Positions 1-10,891 of a stretch of 47,776 bases of DNA are shown here, one piece after another. Numbering within the stretch: the first letter of the stretch is position 1; each line of letters starts with the position of its first letter. The notes under the pieces are model-generated. The model was not told the DNA's origin and did not search any database. It saw only the letters and a list, made by a program, of their open reading frames with translations. Origin of the DNA: Waddliaceae bacterium. GTDB lineage: Bacteria; Chlamydiota; Chlamydiia; Chlamydiales; SLOH01. Where the stretch lies: assembly GCA_040880105.1 (NCBI GenBank), contig JBBDJA010000014.1, positions 1 through 47,776 on the forward strand, given 5' to 3'. A program made the translations under genes and the position numbers.

Positions 1-1154
1 TTATCTCCCATCCCGATTTCATCGCCATAATAGACGATCGGTGTCCCGGGTAAAGAAAAGAGAAGAATATTCATAAGCTCGATCTTCTGCCGGTTATTAT
101 CAAGAAGGGGGGCAAGCCGCCTTCTAATGCCTAAGTTAATCCGCGCTTTTGTGTCTTTTGCATACGCCTGGTACATGTAATCGCGTTCTTCGTCAGTCAC
201 CATTTCAAGCGTAAGCTCATCATGGTTGCGAAGGAATGTTGCCCATTGGCAACCTTCCGGAATTGACGGCGTTTCATTCATAATGTCAACAATCGGAAAT
301 CGATCTTCCATGCGAATGGCCATAAAGAGACGAGGCATCACGGGAAAATGAAATGCCATGTGACACTCATCACCCTTTCCAAAATACGCCGCTGCTTGGT
401 TTGGCCATTGGTTTGCTTCAGCTAAGATCATCCGGTCTGAATAGTTGTCATCCACATGCTTTCTAAGTTTTTTAAGAAAGTCATGAGTTTCGGGAAGGTT
501 TTCACAGTCTGTCCCCTCGCGTGCATAGAGATACGGCACTGCATCAAGACGAAGACCGTCGACACCCATTTGCATCCAAAAATCTAAAATCTTCAATATC
601 TCTTCATGCACCATAGGGTTATCGTAATTAAGATCTGGCTGATGGGAATAAAAGCGGTGCCAGTAATACGATTGGGCAACAGGGTCCCATTCCCAATTTG
701 AGTTTTCAAAATCTTTAAAGATAATGCGCGCATCGGAGTATTTGTTCGGATCATCGGTCCACATATAATAATTGCGCCATTTGCTGCCCGGTTTTGCTTT
801 GCGGGCTCTTTGAAACCAAGGATGCTGATCTGATGTGTGATTGATCACAAGCTCGGTGATGACCTTTATGTCTCGTTTATGCGCCTCGTCAAGAAACTTC
901 CGGAAGTCATTTAAGGTCCCATAGCTTGGGTGAATGGAGAGGTAATCTGCAATATCGTAACCGTCATCAAGAAGAGGGGAGGGATAAAACGGTTGCAGCC
1001 AGATCGCATTGCAGCCAAGATCGCGGATATGATCAAGCTTTTGCGTGAGCCCCTTAAAATCTCCGATACCGTCATTATTGGCATCAAGGAAGCACCTGAC
1101 GTGGAGTTGGTAAAAGACGGCGTGTTGATACCATTTCGGTTCGTTACTGATCAT
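1..1154 (-). CDS. treS: Trehalose synthase (maltose alpha-D-glucosyltransferase, GH13), 3' end runs off window
   Basis: Not in ORF track. Translated by hand from ATG at 1154: [36 protein letters not shown]...[17 protein letters not shown]...[14 protein letters not shown]...[15 protein letters not shown]...[13 protein letters not shown]...[12 protein letters not shown] overlap with glgE stop. Confidence 0.95.
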   Translation of the reverse strand, partial: MISNEPKWYQHAVFYQLHVRCFLDANNDGIGDFKGLTQKLDHIRDLGCNAIWLQPFYPSPLLDDGYDIADYLSIHPSYGTLNDFRKFLDEAHKRDIKVITELVINHTSDQHPWFQRARKAKPGSKWRNYYMWTDDPNKYSDARIIFKDFENSNWEWDPVAQSYYWHRFYSHQPDLNYDNPMVHEEILKILDFWMQMGVDGLRLDAVPYLYAREGTDCENLPETHDFLKKLRKHVDDNYSDRMILAEANQWPNQAAAYFGKGDECHMAFHFPVMPRLFMAIRMEDRFPIVDIMNETPSIPEGCQWATFLRNHDELTLEMVTDEERDYMYQAYAKDTKARINLGIRRRLAPLLDNNRQKIELMNILLFSLPGTPIVYYGDEIGMGD

Positions 1155-3103
1155 AATGTTTTCTCAAGTGAGTGAAGGTGAAAAATATGTGCCGGCACAG
1201 TTGCGGGATTGAGCGCGATGTAATTAGATCTACCCGACCATTGATACTTCTCATCGGATAGTAAATCATGTACTAAAAAGGATTGATCTTCCTTTATTCC
1301 AAGCATTTGCAAGGGGAGCTGTAGGGTTCCTGCTTGCGTGTGAAAAAAGTCCAAGTTCACAACAATTAACAGAGGGAGAGAGTCGTCAGCTGGAATTTTT
1401 AGGTAAGCGATTAAGTGTTCATTATTGATTTGGCAAAAATGCGTATTCCACGTGGTCTGAAGAGGGGGATTTTCACGGCGAATTTGGTTGACGAGGGCGA
1501 TCAGATCGACAAGATTCCCTTTTTGCTCGCGGTTCCATTCCCGAATTTCATACTTTTCAGAGTCCAGATACTCCTCTTTTTTAAGAGCAGCAGATACAGC
1601 AAGTTCAAAGGGAGGGCCATAGATCCCGTAATTTGATGAAAGAGTGGCAGCTAAAATGAGGCGTACGATAAATGCTTGCCGACCCCCAAATTGAAGCGCC
1701 TCAGGGAGGATATCCGGTGTGTTCGGCCAAAAATTAGGTCTAAAATAGTCTCTTAAATTCGATTTTGTCAGCTCAGTAATATAATCCATTAGCTCGTGCT
1801 TATTATTTCTCCAAGTAAAATATGTGTAGGACTGATCAAATCCCATCTTGGCCAAATGCTGCATCACTTTAGGTCGCGTGAAAGCCTCTGAAAGAAAAAG
1901 TACATCGGGATCCTTTGCTTTAACCGCTTTAATAACCCACTACAAAAAAAAACACGGCTTGGTATGCGGATTGTCGACGCGAAAAATTTTTATCCCTTGA
2001 TCGACCCAGTACAACACGACCCGCTTAAGCTCTTCCCATAGAGCTTTCCAGTCCTCATTCTCAAAATGAAAAGGAATAATATCTTCGTACTTTTTTGGGG
2101 GATTTTCTGCATATTGAACAGTGCCGTCAGGACGCCATTTGAACCATTTGGGGTGTTTTTTGACATACGGGTGGTCCGGAGAGCACTGAAACGCAAGATC
2201 GATTGCAAGAGAGATTCCAAGATGACCGGCCTCTTTAACTAACATCTGAAAATCTTCTAAAGTGCCAAGATCAGGATGAACCGCATCATGCCCACCTTCT
2301 TTAGAGCCGATTGCCCAAGGGCATCCGGGAGAACCCTTTTCGCACACTAACGCATTGTTTTTTCCCTTGCGGTTTGTGTGACCGATCGGGTGTATAGGGG
2401 GAAAATACAGGACATCAAAACCCATTTTAGCAATCTGTGGAAGTTCACGGATACAATCCCGAAACGTCCCATGTTTGCCCGAATTCCCAAAGGAACGGGG
2501 GAACATTTCATACCAAGTACTGTATAACGCTTTATTCCTAGAACAGACGACCCTCAACTCCTTCGGATAAATAGTGGGATTGATTTTGCGCGTGCATTCG
2601 CGCATCAGCAGTGACAGTGACGGATCTTCAGCTAGTGTGACTCTTTTTTCAATTGAATGCTTTTCTTGAAGTTTCTTTTTCCATTCAAAAATCTCTTTTC
2701 GATCTTTTGCGTGATCAATGACATCTTCTAAATACGAGCTGCCAATTTTAAATTCGATTTCGACATCTTGTCCATTATTGTATTTTTTCTTAAGATCTTC
2801 TTGCCATGTCTCAAAGTGATCAACCCAAGCCTCTATAGAGAAAATGTAGGTGCCGATCTCTCTTACAGTGAAACAGGCGCTCCATCGATCATTATTGATC
2901 ATCGTCATTACCACTCGATTCCACTCCTCTTGCCCCTCTTTTTTCCATAAAAGATTAGCATTAATATGATCGTGGCCATCTACAAAAATATCTGCTGTAA
3001 CCTCAACGATCTCTCCAACAGTGCGCTTGACCGGATACTTCCCTCCATCCACTTGTGGTTGAATATGTTGAATTACAACCCTTTCAGGCCCGCATGACTT
3101 CAT
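1151..3103 (-). pseudogene. glgE: Alpha-1,4-glucan:maltose-1-phosphate maltosyltransferase interrupted by one in-frame TAG (1940-1942); pseudogene or sequence error
   Basis: ORFs 1940..3103 and 1151..1867 are in the same frame and joined by 24 sense codons (WVIKAVKAKDPDVLFLSEAFTRPK). Motifs WYEMFPRS, AENPPKKYEDI, FRVDNPHTKP, QSYTYFTWRN, NTPDIL. Confidence 0.9.
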
Positions 3104-3125
3104 TCGCTACTCCGTTGCACTTGTT

Positions 3126-3154
3126 ACAGTATCTATGGACTCGCATTCTGTCAA
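3126..3154 (-). promoter_or_regulatory. Sigma70/sigma66-type promoter of glgE-treS
   Basis: TTGACA-17 nt-TACTGT on the minus strand, just upstream of the glgE ATG. Confidence 0.6.
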
Positions 3155-3381
3155 AGAAGAAATTTGTCACATCGAAATTAAAAAGATTTATAGTTGAAAT
3201 GGTAGATTTTGAAAGGATAAGGATTTTCTAAGCATTGAATAACGCCTTTGCCTTAAAGAATGATAAGACTCCTCAATTTAACACGTTAGCTCTTGCCTAT
3301 CTCTCTTAAGGAATCAATCGATAAACGCACCCTTTGTTGAGGAATTTCTGTCAATTTCTTCATCTTAGTAAAAAGAATCGC

Positions 3382-4107
3382 CTAAAATAGAACCATTTTG
3401 AACCCAATCAAGAGTAAAAAGAGAGCGATTACCATTCTAAATTGATTTTGTGGAATGCGATGAACAATTTTCTTCGCCAACTGCGCACCTAGAAATGAAG
3501 CGGGAATAAATATGAGTAGACCGAAGGTCAGGTGGGAGGGAATGGTTGCGCCTTCGTTCACATATGTGATAATACGCGTCGTATCAATCACTAAACCGAT
3601 CGCCCCGGAAGTTGCGATGTATACAGCCTTCGGTAGGTCAAAAACGGATAGAAATGCGCCGCGGATCGCCCCGCCCACACCGAAGATTCCTGCAAAAAAC
3701 CCTGAAAATGCACCACCTGTTGCTGCCGTTAGAGTATTTTGTTTGAATTTGAAGGAAGGATTGAAAAATAGAAATACAACATAGAGGATAAGGAATCCTC
3801 CAAGGACTTGAGAAAGCAGCGCATTTGATACTGAAAAGACAAGTCTAGCTCCAAGAAAGGACAGTATGACGCCTGAAATGCCGAAGGAGAAAATCAGAGA
3901 CCAACGAACGCCTTCTTTAAAGAATGCGATTTTCCAAATATTGCCGAACCAATGAATAATTCCGACAAATAGAAGGGTCGGTGCAATTGGAAAAAAGAGA
4001 AGTAATACTGGAACCATAATCGTTGATGTTCCAAATCCGGTCAGCGTACCTACGCATGTTGCGACAATTGTGAGCAATGTGATGTACAATATTTCCATAT
4101 TTTCCAC
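3382..4107 (-). CDS. TSUP (TauE/SafE sulfite exporter family) membrane protein
   Basis: About 8 hydrophobic segments; GTLTGFG...MVP and GFFAGIFGVGG motifs. Confidence 0.85.
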   Translation of the reverse strand: MENMEILYITLLTIVATCVGTLTGFGTSTIMVPVLLLFFPIAPTLLFVGIIHWFGNIWKIAFFKEGVRWSLIFSFGISGVILSFLGARLVFSVSNALLSQVLGGFLILYVVFLFFNPSFKFKQNTLTAATGGAFSGFFAGIFGVGGAIRGAFLSVFDLPKAVYIATSGAIGLVIDTTRIITYVNEGATIPSHLTFGLLIFIPASFLGAQLAKKIVHRIPQNQFRMVIALFLLLIGFKMVLF

Positions 4108-4312
4108 CCTACAGATGATATGAAATTTGTAAAAGAATAAATGTATTCAGAAGATAATGCGACAGGTCACATATATGGAGCTTTGAGCATCTTGGGAACT
4201 GTCTGCTATAAAAATCTGGGTTTTTCAGAGGCTCCTATTTTGCAATCGAATGAAAGCGGTGATTCAAGGTTTAAAAGATGTTTATCAGCGGAATGAGAAG
4301 ATATTGAGATTT

Positions 4313-4627
4313 TTATTTTATTTGTACCTTTGACATCATTTTACAACACTGAACAACATCGTAAACAAGATTAAAGACGCCTAGACCAATTGTGAACTTT
4401 CCGTGAAATTGAAGTCCTTTATTTTGATTGTGTTTCCCACCTAAAAGAATAACAGTTCCCGATAAAACGAGCGCGGAAGAAGCAATGAGTGATTGAAATG
4501 CTTTTGAAGAGACCTCTTGGATTACGACATCTCGATTGGATATCCACATTAACAATTCGCCGAAGCTTCTAGGCCCATTATCTGGTGAACCGCTATCTGA
4601 AAGATGAATTGCCATGTAAAACTCCAT
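4313..4627 (-). CDS. Hypothetical small membrane protein
   Basis: 104-aa ORF with two hydrophobic stretches; no family recognised. Confidence 0.45.
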   Translation of the reverse strand: MEFYMAIHLSDSGSPDNGPRSFGELLMWISNRDVVIQEVSSKAFQSLIASSALVLSGTVILLGGKHNQNKGLQFHGKFTIGLGVFNLVYDVVQCCKMMSKVQIK

Positions 4628-4869
4628 GAATGTTTAAGAAATAAATTTGAAACACGACTGATTGATTAAATAGTTAATTTATAATTTAAGGGATAGCAAA
4701 AAGAGAGATATTATAACAATATCGCAGTTAATTTCAGATAAATTTTTGATTTTAGCTCTTTTTAGGAGCCTCAAGTTGATAAGAAAACCTACTTCATAAA
4801 AATGTCGATGGGTTTCTTTCGATATTTTCCTGGATACAATAGGTGGTAAATCCCGTGTTTTCTTGTTAA

Positions 4870-5030
4870 GGAACCCCTGATTAACGCAGCTCATTAAATT
4901 TTGTGCCTTTTCTATGAAATTCAAGAAAAACGCACTCACTTAACTATCAGGTAGTTAAGTTCGGTTGTTTTTTCGAATTTTAGAAAAAATTCATGCAAAA
5001 TTTAATTAACCTGCGTTAATCAGACCTTCC
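4870..5030. mobile_element. 161-bp palindromic MITE-like element, copy 1, flanked by TTAA on both sides
   Basis: Ends GGAACCCCTGATTAACGCAG and CTGCGTTAATCAGACCTTCC; central hairpin ACTTAACTA-tcagg-TAGTTAAGT (4938-4960); TTAA at 4866-4869 and 5031-5034; homologous copies elsewhere in window. Confidence 0.75.
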
Positions 5031-5071
5031 TTAAGTAAGTGGGTTGTAATTCGGGAAGTTTTAAGGTGAGC

Positions 5072-5104
5072 AAAAAAAAAGCTTCAGAACGAATTCTGAA
5101 GCTT
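5072..5104 (-). terminator. Rho-independent terminator of tRNA-Asn
   Basis: Minus strand AAGCTTCAGAA-TTCG-TTCTGAAGC followed by T9. Confidence 0.85.
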
Positions 5105-5107
5105 AGT

Positions 5108-5179
5108 CTCCGGAAGCAGGATTCGAACCTGCGACCAATTGATTAACAGTCAACTGCTCTACCGCTGAGCTATTCCGGA
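5108..5179 (-). tRNA. tRNA-Asn (GTT)
   Basis: TCCGGAATAGCTCAGCGGTAGAGCAGTTGACT-GTT-AATCAATTGGTCGCAGGTTCGAATCCTGCTTCCGGAG; full cloverleaf, CCA not encoded. Confidence 0.97.
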
Positions 5180-5284
5180 TCAGTAATCCGAAGTGTGATC
5201 ATTCGGTTTTCGGAATCAATCATAAAAAAAACAGCGAAAAAAGTAAATGCAAAAAAATGAATAAATCTGATAAATATTTTTTTT

Positions 5285-6031
5285 ATGCTGCGTTTCAAAT
5301 TCATACTTGTTTGTTTATGTGCCTTTGGATCCCTGTCTGCAACAACTTTTCATTTACTGATGTGGGCCGATACACTTGACAGCAATATTTCAAGAGCATC
5401 TAAAATCGATTTGTCCTTAGTGCATAAGGAGGCTTTGAGAGTCGCTTTGAAATTGGGGTATGATTTAGATGAAGTAATTATCGACGGTACCGAGTTGACA
5501 AGAGTAAATGCTCGGAATTCTCTTGATCAAATGCAGGTGGAAGGGGAGGATATTATCTTTTTTTATTACACCGGTCATGGGAGCCGTGGAAAAAACAAAA
5601 ATGATAAGTGGCCTGAATTTTATTTAGCCGGCTCACGTGAGAGGATGGATTTTAGTTTTGTGAAAGCGTCTTTGAGTAAGAAAAATCCACGTTTTATTTT
5701 AGCGATTGCCGATTGTTGTAATAATTTCAGAAGTCAGACAGTTAAGAAAGAAATAATGAGTTTGGCTTCTTCAGGACATTCTCAATGGCTTGCAAATCTC
5801 CACACTCTTTTTCTTGGGAAAACCCAAGCGGTTTTTATTTCCGCTGCAAGCCCTGGAGAGTATGCTTGGGCGTATGAAAATCAAGGGGGAGTCTTTACTC
5901 TCTCTTTTTTTGAATACTTTAGAAAACTATTGGGTAATACTAACCCAATTACTTGGGAATTAATTCTATCTAAAGTTCAAAAAGATATCTCCTGTTTTCA
6001 GAATCCGCAATTCGAGATTATAAGTTACTAA
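5285..6031 (+). CDS. Caspase-family (peptidase C14, meta/orthocaspase-like) protease with signal peptide
   Basis: His motif IIFFYYTGHG, Cys motif LAIADCC, C-terminal SAASPGEYAW...GGVFT...QNPQ; leader MLRFKFILVCLCAFGSLSA. Confidence 0.85.
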   Translation: MLRFKFILVCLCAFGSLSATTFHLLMWADTLDSNISRASKIDLSLVHKEALRVALKLGYDLDEVIIDGTELTRVNARNSLDQMQVEGEDIIFFYYTGHGSRGKNKNDKWPEFYLAGSRERMDFSFVKASLSKKNPRFILAIADCCNNFRSQTVKKEIMSLASSGHSQWLANLHTLFLGKTQAVFISAASPGEYAWAYENQGGVFTLSFFEYFRKLLGNTNPITWELILSKVQKDISCFQNPQFEIISY

Positions 6032-6151
6032 TACTATTTAGTTTAAAAAAACATTTTTCTAATATTCAATAAAAATATATAGCTAAATTCAGAGGATGAA
6101 TACGCGGGATGACCTACCTGGTGATTTCGCAATATCTCTGGAGGATATAAA

Positions 6152-6775
6152 ATGAAAAAATATTTAATGTTATTATGCATCTGTTGCGGCGTAGCCGCTT
6201 TTACAGAAGCAAATACAGCTCAGTATCATAAAATTAATGATGTTAGGGAGCTAGATACAAATGGTGATGGCCAATTCGACGCTTGTGACGACTTCGATCC
6301 TTGCGCTTCATACCAATCAGGACCAGCGACATGCTATGTGCCTGTGACTCGGTTCGTGCCACAACAATACTGCACGCAGCGTTGTGTGCAAGAGCCTTAT
6401 ACTGTGGAAAAACAACACTGCCGTCAAGTTCCTCAGTACTATAAAAAACAATACTGCCGCTATGTGCCACAGTATTATGAAAAAACTCACTGCAGATATG
6501 TTCCAGAAACATACACAACTTGCGAGACATGTTACCGTAACAAAACGATAACTGATACACATACACGTTATGTGCCAAAATGCACAGTAGAAAAACGTTG
6601 CTGTGATATTCCATGCCCACAACCTGAATGCGCACCTGCATGTGCACCCGCATGCGCACCTGCTGCATGTGCACCTTCTTGTTCTACATGCCCACAACCA
6701 GCTCAAATGAGCGGTGGACATTATAGAGGTGGCGTTCAAAGAGGCGCTTCTTTAAATAGAGGATATAACCGATAA
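6152..6775 (+). CDS. Exported cysteine/tyrosine-rich repeat protein
   Basis: GGAGG RBS; signal peptide; EF-hand-like DTNGDGQFD; 12-aa repeats (CRYVPQYYEKTH type); CAPA repeats; Gly/Arg-rich tail. Confidence 0.85.
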   Translation: MKKYLMLLCICCGVAAFTEANTAQYHKINDVRELDTNGDGQFDACDDFDPCASYQSGPATCYVPVTRFVPQQYCTQRCVQEPYTVEKQHCRQVPQYYKKQYCRYVPQYYEKTHCRYVPETYTTCETCYRNKTITDTHTRYVPKCTVEKRCCDIPCPQPECAPACAPACAPAACAPSCSTCPQPAQMSGGHYRGGVQRGASLNRGYNR

Positions 6776-6810
6776 GGTTAACTGTTAGGATTTTATAAAA
6801 AAATACCTAT

Positions 6811-6841
6811 AAAAAACCCAGGCAAAATGCCTGGGTTTTTT
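6811..6841. terminator. Bidirectional Rho-independent terminator
   Basis: AAAAAACCCAGGCA-AAA-TGCCTGGGTTTTTT between convergent genes. Confidence 0.9.
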
Positions 6842-6873
6842 GTTTTAAAGTAGGATTTACTTTATCGAGTGGA

Positions 6874-8511
<1,638 letters not shown>

Positions 8512-8829
8512 CTATTCTTCGATAATTGCAATAATGTCGTCGGCGCGGACGATCACAAACTCTTCGTCGTTAAGAGTGATTTCTTGACCTGAGTACTTTT
8601 CCATCAAGACGATATTTCCTTCACATACAGGCATTGGAAGCGTGTTGCCGTTTTTGTCAGTTTTTCCCGGTCCAATTGCAATCACTTTCGCTTTTTCCTG
8701 TTTTTTCTTTGCAGTGTCCGGAAGGATGATGCCCCCTTTAAGGGTTTGTTCCGGCTCGAGGCGTTGAAGGAGAACGCGATTGCCAAGAGGCTTGAATGTG
8801 GTTTTATCTATCACTTTGGTGTTTGTCAT
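8512..8829 (-). CDS. groES: Co-chaperonin GroES
   Basis: KPLGNRVL, GGIILPDTAK; directly upstream of groEL. Confidence 0.99.
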   Translation of the reverse strand: MTNTKVIDKTTFKPLGNRVLLQRLEPEQTLKGGIILPDTAKKKQEKAKVIAIGPGKTDKNGNTLPMPVCEGNIVLMEKYSGQEITLNDEEFVIVRADDIIAIIEE

Positions 8830-8861
8830 TGTTTCTCTCCTATTTGTGAGTTTGCTACCTG

Positions 8862-8890
8862 ATTATATTCGGGGGTTCGAATATACGCAA
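8862..8890 (-). promoter_or_regulatory. groESL promoter
   Basis: TTGCGT-17 nt-TATAAT on the minus strand. Confidence 0.8.
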
Positions 8891-8897
8891 GAAAAAC

Positions 8898-8924
8898 TTA
8901 GCACTCTCACAATTTGTTTGCCAA
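8898..8924. promoter_or_regulatory. CIRCE operator (HrcA binding site)
   Basis: TTAGCACTC-N9-GTTTGCCAA: one perfect and one degenerate half of TTAGCACTC-N9-GAGTGCTAA, 7 bp upstream of the groES -35 box. Confidence 0.85.
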
Positions 8925-8951
8925 AAACCGATTTTTCTCTAGGGAAAAACG

Positions 8952-10766
8952 TTAGTTAGCGGAGGGCGTGAAATTCTGACTTAGTGAATTTTCAAGTTCA
9001 TCTACCATAGAATCGAAGGTTTGAATGGCAGAAAGTATCGGTTGTTTGCTACGGAGGTCGACTCCTGCAGTTTTTAAGAGATCTAAGGGGTACTGGTGCG
9101 ATCCGCCTTTTAAAAACTTGAGATATCCGCTGCTGTCACCGGTTGACTGCACTTGATGACTCAAATCTAGAGCGGCGCTAACGCCGGTTGCGTATTGGTA
9201 GACATAGAAATTATAGTAAAAATGCGGAATGCGTGCCCACTCGATTGCAGAGACCTGATCGACAACGACGTCTTTGCCAAAATATTTTTGATTGAGTTTA
9301 TAGTACTCTTCTTTCAAAAAGGTAGGGGTCAGTGGAATATTCTTCTCTGCACATTCATGCATAAAGAGCTCAAATTCAGCAAACATTGTTTGCCTAAAAA
9401 ATGTCGCTCTTAGATCGTCGATTTTTTGATTGAGGTAATACGCTTTTTCCTCGGGAGTTGAGCTATTTTCGATCAGATATCGAGTCAAGAGATCTTCATT
9501 AAATGTGGAGGCAATCTCAGCTAGAAAAATCGGGTAGTTTGCATACTGGTAGGGTTGCTCGTGGTTACTATAGTAACTGTGCATGCTGTGGCCAGCTTCA
9601 TGTGCAAGGGTGAATACATCGCGAATGGTTCCATTATAGTTCATTAACATGTATGGCATGCTGTCATAACATCCGCTTGAATACGCACCTGAGCGTTTAT
9701 TCTGATTTTCAAAGCGATCGACCCATCGATCTTTTTTTAACCCTTTTTCAAGGATGCCTTGGTATTCGGAACCTAAGGGGCCAACAGATTGGACGACAAG
9801 ATCTACAGCCTCTTCGTAGGGGATATTGGCTTTGGGTTCCTTGCAAAGAGGGGTTGAAAGATCGTAAAGATGCAGTTCATCCAAGCCCATTAATCTCTTT
9901 CGAAGGCGCATGTATTTATAGATTGATTCAAGATTCTGATTTGTTGTTTGAATTAAGTTTGCATACACTTGGGTATCGATATTTTTTGGGTATAGAGCTG
10001 CAGAGAGACAGCTTGGGTAGTGGTGTGTATGGGCATAAAAGTGATGGGCTTGAACCTGGCCTTGAATCAAAGAGCTTAAGGTATTTTCATACTCCATGTA
10101 GCTATTTTGCATCGCATAAAAGGCATTTTTGCGTAAGACGCGATCTTGGCCTCGCATGAAAATTTGGTATTTACCATGGGTAAGTTCATGCTTATCACCG
10201 TTTTGATCTTGAATAAAGCCAAAGTCAAGGTCTGCATCATTCATTGCACTAAAGGCTCTGCGTGCGGTATCAAGGGATTGGCCGGCAAGTGCAATTATTT
10301 TTGACTGTTCTGCCGGAAGAGTATGTGGTTTGAGGCGGATGATTTTTTCGATGGCAAACTTATAGGACTCAAGTTCTTTTGAGTTTAAGAGTTTTTGCAG
10401 AGTCTCGTTAGGGAGTGAAAGCAATTCAGGTTCAAACCAAGAGGTCTCTTCAGCAAAGGCGTGATAGATCTGGGAAATCTGTAAAAACGCTTTATGATAG
10501 GAATCTTCTGCGATATCCTCGTCGTGTTTAAGATGCGCCCACGTATAGAGTTTTTCGATTTTACGACCGGTTGAAAGAATTTCTTCGTAAACGCTTTTGA
10601 GCTTTTCGTTAAGTTTCCCTCTTCCTTCTGCAATTTTTGGCCATAGAGGCTTTTCTCCATGCTTGGCAACCGAATCGAAATCTTTCTTCCACGCATCCAA
10701 GTTTAAATAGAGTGACTCTGTATTCCAACAATCATTGGGCTTAACATCTGTGCGTTTAATCGTCAT
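8952..10766 (-). CDS. pepF: Oligoendopeptidase F (M3B)
   Basis: KRSGAYS, TLAHEAGHSMH, AEIASTFNE, WARIPHFY. Confidence 0.97.
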   Translation of the reverse strand: MTIKRTDVKPNDCWNTESLYLNLDAWKKDFDSVAKHGEKPLWPKIAEGRGKLNEKLKSVYEEILSTGRKIEKLYTWAHLKHDEDIAEDSYHKAFLQISQIYHAFAEETSWFEPELLSLPNETLQKLLNSKELESYKFAIEKIIRLKPHTLPAEQSKIIALAGQSLDTARRAFSAMNDADLDFGFIQDQNGDKHELTHGKYQIFMRGQDRVLRKNAFYAMQNSYMEYENTLSSLIQGQVQAHHFYAHTHHYPSCLSAALYPKNIDTQVYANLIQTTNQNLESIYKYMRLRKRLMGLDELHLYDLSTPLCKEPKANIPYEEAVDLVVQSVGPLGSEYQGILEKGLKKDRWVDRFENQNKRSGAYSSGCYDSMPYMLMNYNGTIRDVFTLAHEAGHSMHSYYSNHEQPYQYANYPIFLAEIASTFNEDLLTRYLIENSSTPEEKAYYLNQKIDDLRATFFRQTMFAEFELFMHECAEKNIPLTPTFLKEEYYKLNQKYFGKDVVVDQVSAIEWARIPHFYYNFYVYQYATGVSAALDLSHQVQSTGDSSGYLKFLKGGSHQYPLDLLKTAGVDLRSKQPILSAIQTFDSMVDELENSLSQNFTPSAN

Positions 10767-10891
10767 TTTTTCTTCCTAACATACGGTTTAAGTATACAGT
10801 TCTATCATTACAATCTTTTTTTGTCGAAAAAAATGGCACGCAAATGATTCGTTTGGTAAGTTGTGCCGTAAAGTAAAAAAGGTACATTAGG

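Noticed and set aside
1940..1952. Programmed frameshift, phase variation at the homopolymer, or TAG recoding in glgE
   Set aside because: The two parts are already in frame, so slippage would not restore the protein; other genes use TAG as a normal stop
4679..4939. 86-aa ORF (and 28113..28328)
   Set aside because: They start inside MITE copies, show no protein-like features, and the second is antisense to the SIMPL gene
6630..6680. Short tandem GCACC(T/C)GCATG repeats as CRISPR or VNTR
   Set aside because: They encode the CAPA peptide repeat and have no spacers
6243..6739. Antisense ORFs over the Cys-rich gene, and the many other short antisense or nested ORFs in the track
   Set aside because: Explained as shadows of well-supported genes; no RBS or motifs
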